Positions 10,278 through 18,766 of a stretch of 64,000 nt of DNA are shown here, piece by piece (the stretch's first letter is position 1; every line of letters begins with the position of its first letter). The stretch is from contig CAXXWX010000015.1 of NCBI GenBank assembly GCA_963675745.2, forward strand, positions 352,001-416,000, read 5' to 3'. This DNA comes from Phycisphaerae bacterium (GTDB taxonomy: Bacteria > Planctomycetota > Phycisphaerae > UBA1845 > Fen-1342). Made by a program: the position numbers and the translations under genes. The notes under the pieces were generated by a model. It worked only from the letters and a program-made list of their open reading frames with translations. It was not told the DNA's origin and did not search any database.

Positions 10278-11632
10278 CTACAGCTCGCGGAAGCGCGCCG
10301 TGAAATGCCGCAGCGTCGGCGGAGCCTCGATAATCTCCAGCCCGCGCAGCTTGTCACGCCCTTTGTACAGCTCCAGCAACCCTTCGATGACGTAGTCAAT
10401 GTGACTTTGCGTGTACACACGCCGCGGAATCGCCAGGCGCACCAGCTCCATGGGCGGCGGCGTGCCGCTCCCGCCGAACATCACACTGCCGATCTCAACC
10501 GCGCGAATGCCCGCCTCACGGTAGAGCCCCACAACCAGCGCCTGCCCCGGAAACTGCGCCGGCGCGATGTGCGGGCAGAATGCCTGGGCATCGATGTAGA
10601 TTGCGTGCCCACCGGCGGCTCGACTATCTGAATGCCGGCGGCGCTGAGCTTCTCACCGAGATACAGCGTGCTGCGAATGCGATATTGCAGGTAATCCTCG
10701 TGTACGACTTCCTCGAAGCCCTGCGCCATGGCCTCTAGGTCGCGTCCGGCCATCCCGCCATAGGTCAGATAGCCTTCCGTCAATATCAGGAGCTCGTCGG
10801 CACGCCGAATCAGCGTGGGATCGCGCAGCAATAGCAGGCCGCCGATGTTGACGATGCCGTCCTTTTTCGCGCTGATCGTGGCCCCGTCAGCCAGGTCGAA
10901 CATCTCACGCACGATGTCGCGCACGGCGCGCTTCTCCTGCCCGGGCTCGCGCTGCTTGATGAAATAGGCATTCTCGGCAAAGCGGCAGGCGTCGAGAAAC
11001 AGCGGCAGATTATGGCGATCGCAAACGGCCCGCACCGCCCTCAGATTCTCCAGGCTTACCGGCTGCCCGCCGCCGCTGTTGTTCGTCACTGTCACCATGA
11101 CCACCGGAATCCGCTCGGGGCCTTCGGCTTCCACCAGAGCCTCCAGAGCGGCGATATCCATATTGCCCTTGAACGGATGCCGCGTCTGGGGCTGTCTGCC
11201 CTCCGGGATAACCAGATCAACGGCCCGCGCGCCGGAGTGCTCGACGTTGGCCCGCGTTGTGTCGAAGTGGCTGTTGTTCGGCACGACTTTGCCGGGCCCG
11301 CCAACCAGCTCAAACAGGATACGTTCGCTGGCCCGCCCCTGGTGCGTCGGCAGGATGTGCTCAAAACCCATCAGTTCGCGCACCTTGTCGCGCAACACAA
11401 ACCAACTGCGCGCACCGGCGTATGACTCGTCACCGCGCATAATCCCCGCCCACTGCCGGCTGCTCATCGCCCCCGTACCGCTGTCGGTCAGCAGGTCGAT
11501 CAGCACATCGTCAGCCTTGATCAGAAACGCGTTGTAGGCCGCCTCGCGGAGAATCTGTTCGCGCTCCGCACGAGTCGTCATGCGGATCGGCTCGACAACT
11601 TTGATGCGAAACGGCTCAATGATCGTCTTCAT
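10278..11632 (-). pseudogene. tnaA: Tryptophanase (tryptophan indole-lyase) with a one-base frameshift near 10614
   Basis: EPFRIKVVE, DLLTDSGT, THQGRASE, PLP lysine SAKKD. After VEPP the expected GGHAIYIDA...PGQAL...RLAIPRRVYT...LRHFTARF lies in the -1 frame. LRHFT (His) favours TnaA over tyrosine phenol-lyase (LRFFT). Confidence 0.85.
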
Positions 11633-11687
11633 GGCGTGAACCTCTCGTTCGTGTGCCCCGCCACCGCGTTGCCGGCGGGGCGCGGAA

Positions 11688-13136
11688 TCAATCAATGTCC
11701 CAGATGCGCAAGGCCGCGAGCCACCGCTCGGCCTCGGGGCCGGCGACAGCCGCCACTTCATCGTCCATCGCCGCACGCCGCGCCGTCTCCCAATCGGCCC
11801 GCGCGTCGTCGGCCATCCTGGCTGCACCGCCCCAGGACATGCCGATCAGCAGCCACAGAACTGTCGTCGCCGCGCCGGCGCGAGCCAGCCACCCGCGGCG
11901 TCCCAGGGGCGCGCGGTGGGCCAGGCCGACGATTAGCGCCCACCCCGCGCCGACGCACGCGCCCAGCAGGACCGTGCGATACCAGGTCGTGGGCATGCCC
12001 CATTCAAAAACGCGGCGCAGGTCCGACTGGAAGTGGCTGTCACCCGTTGACCACCCGAGAAACACGAGCAGCACAACGGCCACGACAGCCAGCACGCTTT
12101 TGCCCACAGGCGGCCAGCGTGTCTCCCGATCGACAATCCAGCACCACGCCACCAGCAATGTTAATAGTCCGACCCCCAACGACACGCCGGTAAGCCAGGT
12201 GCACAGCTTAAGCCAGATCAAGACGCGCGCGTACTCATCTGGGCATAACACGGGTTGCGCTTCCCAACCGAGGTAGTCGTCGGCGCGCCCTTGCGCCGCC
12301 TCTCGATACGCCGCCCGCCACGCGCGCAGGTCGCCGGCAAGCCGAGCCGACTCGGACGCCGCATCCACCGCACCGTCCCGCTCGAGCGTGTCGGCCAACA
12401 GATCGGCCGCCAGCAGGCGTAGTCCCGGCGGGGCCGGTTCCAGCACCCATTGACGCAGCAGTCGTAGCCGCGTGCGCCGGCAGGAGCGTGCCGCGCCCGT
12501 GTCGCCGCTGTTCCGGCACGCATCTTCAACGCGCTCAAGCCGCGCGGCCGTGTATTGCAGCAGCGCGTTGTGGGGAAAACCGACGAATCGATAACGGCCC
12601 GCCTCGCGCGCCGTTGCCGGCGAAACTCCCAGTGACGCGTACAGCCCCTCCCAGTAGTCGATGTAAGCCCGGCTGTGATGGGCCAGCGACGCGCCCTCAA
12701 TCCCGGTTATGTACGGCGACAGCCTTGACCACCATTCGTCGGGCGCCACACCGCCGCGCTCCAATTCGAGCATCAGCATGGCCGCCCGGTAAATGCGCGG
12801 CAGGAATGTGCTCCGCACGCTCGCCAGCTCAGCCAGTTCGCGCTCGGTTGGGATTGGTGCGCGCGCCGGGTCGACCAGCGATTCCTCAAACCTCCTGGCG
12901 CAGCTCGCCAGAACGGCGGCATCACGCACGATCGGCGGCGCCTTCCCGCGCATCATTTCGAGTCTGGCGGTCACCTGGCTTTCGGTCACGCGCGTTATCT
13001 GGGCACGGGGCAAGCGACGCCACACATCCATGGCCCAAACCGCGCCACCAATGTTGACCGTCACCGTCACCATGAAGATAGCAGTCGGCACCAGAACGTC
13101 GCTGATCGTCATCGGCCGATTCGGAGACTTCCGCAT
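11688..13136 (-). CDS. Hypothetical multi-pass membrane protein
   Basis: 482-aa ORF with an N-terminal TM helix and about four C-terminal hydrophobic helices; no family recognised. Confidence 0.65.
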   Translation of the reverse strand: MRKSPNRPMTISDVLVPTAIFMVTVTVNIGGAVWAMDVWRRLPRAQITRVTESQVTARLEMMRGKAPPIVRDAAVLASCARRFEESLVDPARAPIPTERELAELASVRSTFLPRIYRAAMLMLELERGGVAPDEWWSRLSPYITGIEGASLAHHSRAYIDYWEGLYASLGVSPATAREAGRYRFVGFPHNALLQYTAARLERVEDACRNSGDTGAARSCRRTRLRLLRQWVLEPAPPGLRLLAADLLADTLERDGAVDAASESARLAGDLRAWRAAYREAAQGRADDYLGWEAQPVLCPDEYARVLIWLKLCTWLTGVSLGVGLLTLLVAWCWIVDRETRWPPVGKSVLAVVAVVLLVFLGWSTGDSHFQSDLRRVFEWGMPTTWYRTVLLGACVGAGWALIVGLAHRAPLGRRGWLARAGAATTVLWLLIGMSWGGAARMADDARADWETARRAAMDDEVAAVAGPEAERWLAALRIWDID

Positions 13137-13187
13137 GGCGTCAAGCTAAACGGAGTGGGAATAGAGCACAACCGGGGAAAGGGGGGT

Positions 13188-13231
13188 GGAGCAGGGAGCA
13201 GGGAACAGGGAACAGGGAACGGGGAACGGGG
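13188..13231. repeat. Short tandem heptamer repeat (GGAGCAG/GGAACAG/GGAACGG, six units)
   Basis: ggagcag ggagcag ggaacag ggaacag ggaacgg ggaacgg in the intergenic space downstream of speB. Confidence 0.85.
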
Positions 13232-13301
13232 CTGGCCGGCCTTGTGCGGCCGCTCTTGGGCAGTGCGGAGTCCCGCGGGCTATCGTTACTGTCGGCGTGT
13301 G

Positions 13302-14171
13302 CTAGCGCGTGACCAGGCCGATCAGGCGATAGACCAGCTTGGCCGCTAGGAATTCGGTCACCGTGCTTGGCGACTGGGGGCTCACTTCGACCACGTCAGC
13401 GGCAACGATCTCCCGCGCGCCGGCTACGGCCGCCAGCAGGCCGGTCACCTGGTGCCAATCCAGCCCGCCGGGCTCGGGCGTGCCGGTGCCGGGCGCACAG
13501 GCCGGGTCGAAGCCGTCAATATCTATCGTCACATACACCTGGTCGGTCAGGTGCGTCAGCACCTCCTCGATCCAGCGATCAGACGAGCGGCAATCACTCG
13601 CGTGTACGATTGGTATACGCTGGCGCTTTATGAACCGCGCTTCTTCGCTCGAATAGCTGCGCACGCCCACACCCACAATCGGAACGTGCAGATCCCAGAT
13701 CCGCCGCATCACGCACGCGTGACTGTGGCGCGAGCCCTGATAGCTATCGCGCAGGTCGGCGTGGGCATCGATCTGAAGAACCGAGAGCCGCTTGTGCCGC
13801 GAGCGCACGGCGCGAACCAGCGCGGCGCTGATGCTATGCTCGCCGCCGATGCCGATGAGAAACTTCCCGTCGCGCACAACCTTGGCGGCGGTTTTGTACA
13901 CGCGTGCCAGCGTCGGCTCGGGACCGCGCGCGTCGGGTTCAAGCGGGTCCAGAGTGGCCACCCCGCCGCGCCACGACTCGCGCCCCAGAGACGCGTCAAA
14001 CAGCTCCACCTGTTGCGAAGCGGTGATGATCGCGCGCGGGCCATGTCGCGTCCCCCCACCATAGCTGGTCGTCGCTTCGTACGGAATCGGCAAGACCGCA
14101 AACCGCGCCCCGGCGTAGGCACCGGCCGCGGAGCCTAACCCCAGGAAATTGTCGGGAATCGAAGCTGCCAT
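13302..14171 (-). CDS. speB: Agmatinase
   Basis: PYEATTSY, GGEHSIS, QIDAHADLR, TIDIDGFDP, APGTGTPEPGG; directly downstream of an arginine decarboxylase. Confidence 0.93.
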   Translation of the reverse strand: MAASIPDNFLGLGSAAGAYAGARFAVLPIPYEATTSYGGGTRHGPRAIITASQQVELFDASLGRESWRGGVATLDPLEPDARGPEPTLARVYKTAAKVVRDGKFLIGIGGEHSISAALVRAVRSRHKRLSVLQIDAHADLRDSYQGSRHSHACVMRRIWDLHVPIVGVGVRSYSSEEARFIKRQRIPIVHASDCRSSDRWIEEVLTHLTDQVYVTIDIDGFDPACAPGTGTPEPGGLDWHQVTGLLAAVAGAREIVAADVVEVSPQSPSTVTEFLAAKLVYRLIGLVTR

Positions 14172-14270
14172 GCGCCTGACCTTGTGCCACTGCTCTTGAG
14201 CAGTGCGGCTCTGGCGAAGCGGGCGTCAGAACCACTCGTCAATTGACGTGCGACGGAACGCTAGCCCCGG

Positions 14271-14885
14271 TTATTTCGCGATGCCGCTTGCTGCGGCCAT
14301 CTCGGCGGCCAGGCGCTTCACGTTCGAGGCATGATCAAAAATCATCACCGCCGCGGCCACCACGCTCGTCCACAACCCCTTCTTGTGGCCCTCGGCCGTC
14401 TGAACCACCGCGCGGGTCTTCACAATCTTGCCGCTCATGCGGTATATCTCGCGGCGGGCATCGTAGTCTGCATCCAGGTCAAACTCGACACCCTGCGTCG
14501 AGGCTAGCATGCTCGCCGCCATGTCTTCCACAAAGTCGGCGGTCCTGCGTTCAGTCATGCCATAGCCATGGTGCTCGGAGATGTACCCGAAGTGATCGCC
14601 GTCAGCCGGCACAGCGAGCCCGATGCCCGCGGACACCAGCCGACTCGGTTCGTTGGTTCGGGCTTCGGCGAGCACGACATACGTGATCTGGCCGGGACTC
14701 AACTTCGCCAGGCCCACGCGCCGCGAGACAATCTTGCACATCGGCGGGAAAATGCTGGAGACCTTGACGAGGTTCAAGTGCGCAATACCGGCATTGCGCA
14801 ATGCTGCTTCGAATGACTCGAGATTGTGCCGGTGCCGGCCAACACCCCGCGTGAAGAACATCTCGGTTGCTACGGGAAAGATCAT
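14271..14885 (-). CDS. pdaD: Pyruvoyl-dependent arginine decarboxylase
   Basis: FFTRGVG, SFEAALRNAGIAHLNLVKVSSIFPP (Ser-Ser autocleavage site), GYISEHHGYG; RBS AGGAGG before ATG 14885. Confidence 0.9.
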   Translation of the reverse strand: MIFPVATEMFFTRGVGRHRHNLESFEAALRNAGIAHLNLVKVSSIFPPMCKIVSRRVGLAKLSPGQITYVVLAEARTNEPSRLVSAGIGLAVPADGDHFGYISEHHGYGMTERRTADFVEDMAASMLASTQGVEFDLDADYDARREIYRMSGKIVKTRAVVQTAEGHKKGLWTSVVAAAVMIFDHASNVKRLAAEMAAASGIAK

Positions 14886-14962
14886 CGCGAGCGTCCTCCT
14901 GCCCCCGGGACCCGCCACAGCCCTTTGGGGTGCTTCCACCCCGGATTCTGTCAAACGCGGCG

Positions 14963-14970
14963 AATTATAG
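14963..14970 (-). promoter_or_regulatory. Candidate sigma70 -10 box (TATAAT) for the pdaD-speB operon
   Basis: Minus strand reads gtgcTATAATtcg about 80 nt upstream of the pdaD start. Confidence 0.5.
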
Positions 14971-15039
14971 CACCTGCCCGCCTACGCTCAATCGGGCTGA
15001 GGCACATTGCGCCGGTTTTGAACGAGCGATTTGTGAGCG

Positions 15040-15198
15040 GCCCGAATGTTTCCCATGATTCCTGTGGATGGAGCCACGAGCACGGGCAATTGCCCGGACT
15101 TCAGAGGGAGCCACACTGAGGTGCATTCTGGATTGGGGAGAAGCACATCGTGTGTTACCGGGTCGGCGCCGATCAAACGGCGCCGACCCTTTTTATTT
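15040..15198 (+). ncRNA. Candidate small RNA or attenuator (GGA-rich, ends at the terminator)
   Basis: No credible plus-strand CDS ends at this terminator; six GGA motifs in 15066-15139 and several short hairpins. The 5' boundary is uncertain. Confidence 0.4.
15160..15198 (+). terminator. Rho-independent terminator
   Basis: Perfect 12-bp stem GGGTCGGCGCCG-atcaaa-CGGCGCCGACCC followed by TTTTTATTT. Confidence 0.9.
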
Positions 15199-15299
15199 GC
15201 GCCACCCGCCGCTAAGCTCGGCGGGCGGCGTGTCCGTACGCACAGCGCAGACCGCCCGCGGCGCCTGGCTGGCTGGAGCCGCACAGATGAGGAACGGGC

Positions 15300-16139
15300 A
15301 TGTTCTCAGCCGTCAATGCGCGATCGTTTGGGGTGGCTTCACCACTCGCTGCGCAGGTGGCGCGCGCCGCCAACGCCGGATTCGATGGGGTGGAACTCGC
15401 TCTGGAGCCACCCGCAGCCGGCCTGCCACACGCCACCGCCGCGGAGTGCCGCACCGTGGTCGCCGGCGCGCGTGACCTCGGAATTCAGATTTGTGGGCTG
15501 GCCACCAACGCCTTCTGGACCGTGAATTTCGCCTCGCCACGCATCGAAGACCGGCAGGCCGCCATCGATCTGACGCTGGCCATGCTCGACCGGGCGGCGG
15601 CCCTCAATGCCGGCGTTGTGCTGGTCGTCCCCGCCGTAATCGGCACGCCGGACAGCCCACGCCCCGGCGTGACCTATGCCGACGCCCTCCATTACACGCT
15701 GGAGGCGCTCAGCCGGCTGCGATTCGCGGCCGAGGATCGCGGCGTGGTGATCGCGCTTGAGACCGCCTGGAATCGCTTTCTTCTGTCACCAATCGAGCTG
15801 GCGGACCTCATCGACCGCGTCGGTTCACCCTCGGTCGGGGCTTGCCTCGATATTGGCCGGGTGTCCGCGTATGGCTGTGCCGAGGACTGGATTGCAACGC
15901 TCGGACATCGACTCAGGCGCCTCCACGCCAACGACTACTCGCCAACTTCCGCTGCTGGCGGCGAACTGCGGCCGATCGGCGAAGGTCACGTGGACTGGCC
16001 GGCGGTTATGGCCGCCGCGCGGGATGTCGGCTACGACGGACCGCTGACCTGCGATGTCATCGGAGACGCTTCGGATGCGCGTCGGCGAGTCACGCGTCTG
16101 ATCGCCGACTCGGCGCCGGTTCGAGGAAGACCGTCATGA
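15300..16139 (+). CDS. Sugar phosphate isomerase/epimerase (xylose isomerase-like TIM barrel)
   Basis: AGFDGVEL, VIALETAWNRFLLSP, CLDIG, RLHANDY, IGEGHVDWPAV, VGYDGPL. Confidence 0.85.
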   Translation: MFSAVNARSFGVASPLAAQVARAANAGFDGVELALEPPAAGLPHATAAECRTVVAGARDLGIQICGLATNAFWTVNFASPRIEDRQAAIDLTLAMLDRAAALNAGVVLVVPAVIGTPDSPRPGVTYADALHYTLEALSRLRFAAEDRGVVIALETAWNRFLLSPIELADLIDRVGSPSVGACLDIGRVSAYGCAEDWIATLGHRLRRLHANDYSPTSAAGGELRPIGEGHVDWPAVMAAARDVGYDGPLTCDVIGDASDARRRVTRLIADSAPVRGRPS

Positions 16140-17023
16140 GACTGGATGTCGAAACTCTACGCGGAACACTCTCGGTTGCTGATGGAGCGTGGTCCACGCA
16201 ACTGCGCATGCGGGGCCTGCCACCGGCCGCCCCGGCCGAAAACGCCAACCTGACGCACCCGCAACTGGTCACGAACCTGAGCCGTATGTACGTGGCGGCC
16301 GGCGCGCGGTTCATAACGACCAACACCTTTGCGGCCGGCAGCTACGCGCTCGAGCGTTTCCAACTGACCGATAAAGTGCATGAAATCAACCTTCGTGGGG
16401 CTCAACTCGCGCGCGATGCCGTCGGCGAGGTGGCCGTCGTGGCCGGCTCGATTGGCCCCAGCGGCAAAATCCTGGCAGTCCAGGAGATCAGCGAGGATGA
16501 GCTCGTGGCCTCTGTGAAGGCCCGGACGACCGCCCTCGTCGAGGGGGGTGTGGACGCCATCTTGCTGGAGACCTTCTCCGAGGTGGCCGAGACGCTCATC
16601 GCCCTCAAAACGGTCAAGGACGAAACCGACCTGCCGGTCATTTGCAGCATGTCGTTCGACTCCGGCCCGCAACGCACGCGGACCATGATGGGCGCCCAGG
16701 CGAGCGAATGTGCCGCCGCACTGGAAGACGGTGGCGCGGACGTCATCGGGTGCAATTGTGGCGCGGCGACAGAGCAGGCCCTGCCGGCGGTCGTTGCCCT
16801 GCGCGCCGCAACCGATCTGCCACTCTGGGTCAAGCCCAGCGCCGGTCTTCCCGAATTGCAGGACGGTCTGCCGGTGTGGACACAGACCCCCGAGGAGTTT
16901 GTGGCACACGTGCCCGCGCTCATCGAAGCTGGCGCCAACATCCTTGGCGGCTGTTGCGGCAGCGGGCCCGACCACATTCGCCGGCTGGCAGCGATTGTCG
17001 CAAGGTCGCGGCCACCCGCGTGA
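16136..17023 (+). CDS. Homocysteine S-methyltransferase family protein (stand-alone MetH Hcy-binding module)
   Basis: VADGAWST, TTNTF, AGSIGPSG, LLETF, GCNC, ILGGCCG Zn ligands; ATGA overlap with the upstream gene. Confidence 0.9.
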   Translation: MRLDVETLRGTLSVADGAWSTQLRMRGLPPAAPAENANLTHPQLVTNLSRMYVAAGARFITTNTFAAGSYALERFQLTDKVHEINLRGAQLARDAVGEVAVVAGSIGPSGKILAVQEISEDELVASVKARTTALVEGGVDAILLETFSEVAETLIALKTVKDETDLPVICSMSFDSGPQRTRTMMGAQASECAAALEDGGADVIGCNCGAATEQALPAVVALRAATDLPLWVKPSAGLPELQDGLPVWTQTPEEFVAHVPALIEAGANILGGCCGSGPDHIRRLAAIVARSRPPA

Positions 17024-17206
17024 CGAACCGGGGCAACCGGGGAGGTGCAGTTTCTGCGTGTCGGGGCCTGATGAAGGTCGTTCGCAATCTGTACGGCTCG
17101 CGCGCCGCGCGGTGAAGGCGCGATAACGCTGCATGCCCCAAGGCTGGCCAATCTCTGTAATACCTTGTGATATAAATAGTTAAAACACCTGTAGCGCGAT
17201 CAACGG

Positions 17207-17236
17207 TTGACGGGCCGGTTGGTTTCGGTTTATCCT
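17207..17236 (+). promoter_or_regulatory. Candidate sigma70 promoter for the KamA-family gene
   Basis: TTGACG-N18-TATCCT downstream of an AT-rich tract (17151-17190). Confidence 0.55.
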
Positions 17237-17449
17237 GCGCGTACTCAGGGACAGCGGCCCCCCATCACCAGCGCCCGTGCAACCACTCGGGCGACCTCTC
17301 ATCTGGGCCGCCGCCACGGGGGGCGAATGCCGCGCCGATGGGCACGGTGCGGTTCAAGACGGCGTCAGGTGGTCTAACTACCTCCGCTCGCTCCAGTGCT
17401 TAATAGCCACCTGCCTGACGCGCGCAATCTAATAGCCAGGAGGACCCTA

Positions 17450-18643
17450 ATGCACAGAGCCAATCCGCATGAGCGCGCATTGCCGGTCGCGACCCCACGG
17501 CGTGTGAAGTACGTTCGCGAACTCAGCCAGATCCCCGGCATTACCACCGGGCAGCGCGCGCGTCTGGAACCGATAGCCGGCAAATACGCCTTCCGGGCAA
17601 ACGACTACTACCTGAATCTGATCGACTGGAGCGACCCCAAAGATCCGATAAAACAGCTCATAATCCCACGAGAAGATGAGCTCAACGACTGGGGTGAGCT
17701 CGACGCCTGCAACGAGGCTGCCGTTACCGTCGCCCCGGGTCTCCAGCACAAGTACTCCGACACCGCCCTCCTGCTCTGCACCGAGGTCTGCGGCGCTTTC
17801 TGCCGCTATTGCTTCCGCAAACGCCTGTTCATGAACGAGAACGGCGAAGTCAGCAACGACGTCTCCGAGGGGATTCGCTACATCAGCCAGCATCCTGAGA
17901 TCAGCAACGTGCTGCTCACCGGCGGCGACCCCCTCCTGATGAGCACCCGCCGCATCCGCGACGTGATCGTGGCGTTGCGCCGAATCCCACACGTGCGTAT
18001 CATCCGGATCGGCTCGAAAATGCCCGCGTTCAATCCCTTCCGCATACTCAACGACCCTGAGCTTCAGGACGTGCTCCGGGAATACTCGACCGCTCGAAAC
18101 CGCATCTACCTGATGTGCCACTTTGACCACCCGCGCGAACTGACCAGGGAGGCAACCGCAGGCATCAGTTGCCTGGTCGGGGCGGGCGTTGTTTGCGCCA
18201 ATCAGTGCCCGATTATCCGGGGCGTCAACGACAACCCCGATACGCTGGCCGAGCTGTTCAACGAGCTCTCGTACGTGGGCTGCCCACCCTACTACCTCTT
18301 TCAGGGGCGCCCGACTGCGGGAAATCAGCCCTACGAGGTGCCCCTGGCCCGCGGATTTGAGGTCTTCAGCGAGGCACAACGCCGGGCCAAATCCGGGCTG
18401 GCCAGACGGGCGCGATTCGCGATGTCGCACGAGCTGGGCAAGATTGGCGTCGCCGGTATCGACGACGAACGGATCTACTTCCAATTCCAGCGCGCCAAAC
18501 ACCCGGCCCACGAAGGGCGCTTCCTGGTCTGCAAGCGCGACGACGACGCCTTCTGGCTCGATCAACTCGAACTTGCCGACGGCGGCTCGCCGCGCGATTA
18601 CCTCGAGTCTCTGGTCGACCAGCCCAGCCCGGCAAGCGCCTGA
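17450..18643 (+). CDS. KamA-family radical SAM protein (lysine 2,3-aminomutase-like)
   Basis: GLQHKYSDTALL, CGAFCRYCFRKR (CxxxCxxC), VLLTGGDPL, RIGSK, HFDHPREL, GVND; RBS AGGAGG. Confidence 0.9.
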   Translation: MHRANPHERALPVATPRRVKYVRELSQIPGITTGQRARLEPIAGKYAFRANDYYLNLIDWSDPKDPIKQLIIPREDELNDWGELDACNEAAVTVAPGLQHKYSDTALLLCTEVCGAFCRYCFRKRLFMNENGEVSNDVSEGIRYISQHPEISNVLLTGGDPLLMSTRRIRDVIVALRRIPHVRIIRIGSKMPAFNPFRILNDPELQDVLREYSTARNRIYLMCHFDHPRELTREATAGISCLVGAGVVCANQCPIIRGVNDNPDTLAELFNELSYVGCPPYYLFQGRPTAGNQPYEVPLARGFEVFSEAQRRAKSGLARRARFAMSHELGKIGVAGIDDERIYFQFQRAKHPAHEGRFLVCKRDDDAFWLDQLELADGGSPRDYLESLVDQPSPASA

Positions 18644-18766
18644 ACGCCGCCCCATCCGGCCGCGGCTTGCATGTCGCTATGGAGCACAGCACACCGCGGG
18701 CGCCGGGTACCACAACCCGACACCCGCGGTGCTCTTCGGCATTACCGGTGGTGCTGTCCAACTTGC

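Noticed and set aside
10600..10625. Programmed ribosomal frameshift in tnaA
   Set aside because: No slippery sequence, and no such mechanism is known to me for this family.
15085..15125. tRNA-Sec (GGACTTCA resembles its anticodon arm)
   Set aside because: No acceptor stem, no GTTCG T-loop and no CCA end.
15040..15160. SAM-I or cobalamin riboswitch upstream of the Hcy methyltransferase operon
   Set aside because: The core consensus elements were not found by eye; kept only as an unidentified RNA candidate.
15842..16135. N-terminal extension of the methyltransferase ORF
   Set aside because: It lies within the epimerase CDS; the ATGA overlap at 16136 is the better start.
17151..17190. dif/Xer site in the AT-rich tract
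   Set aside because: It lacks the XerD-arm TTATGTTAAA; more likely an UP element or regulator site.
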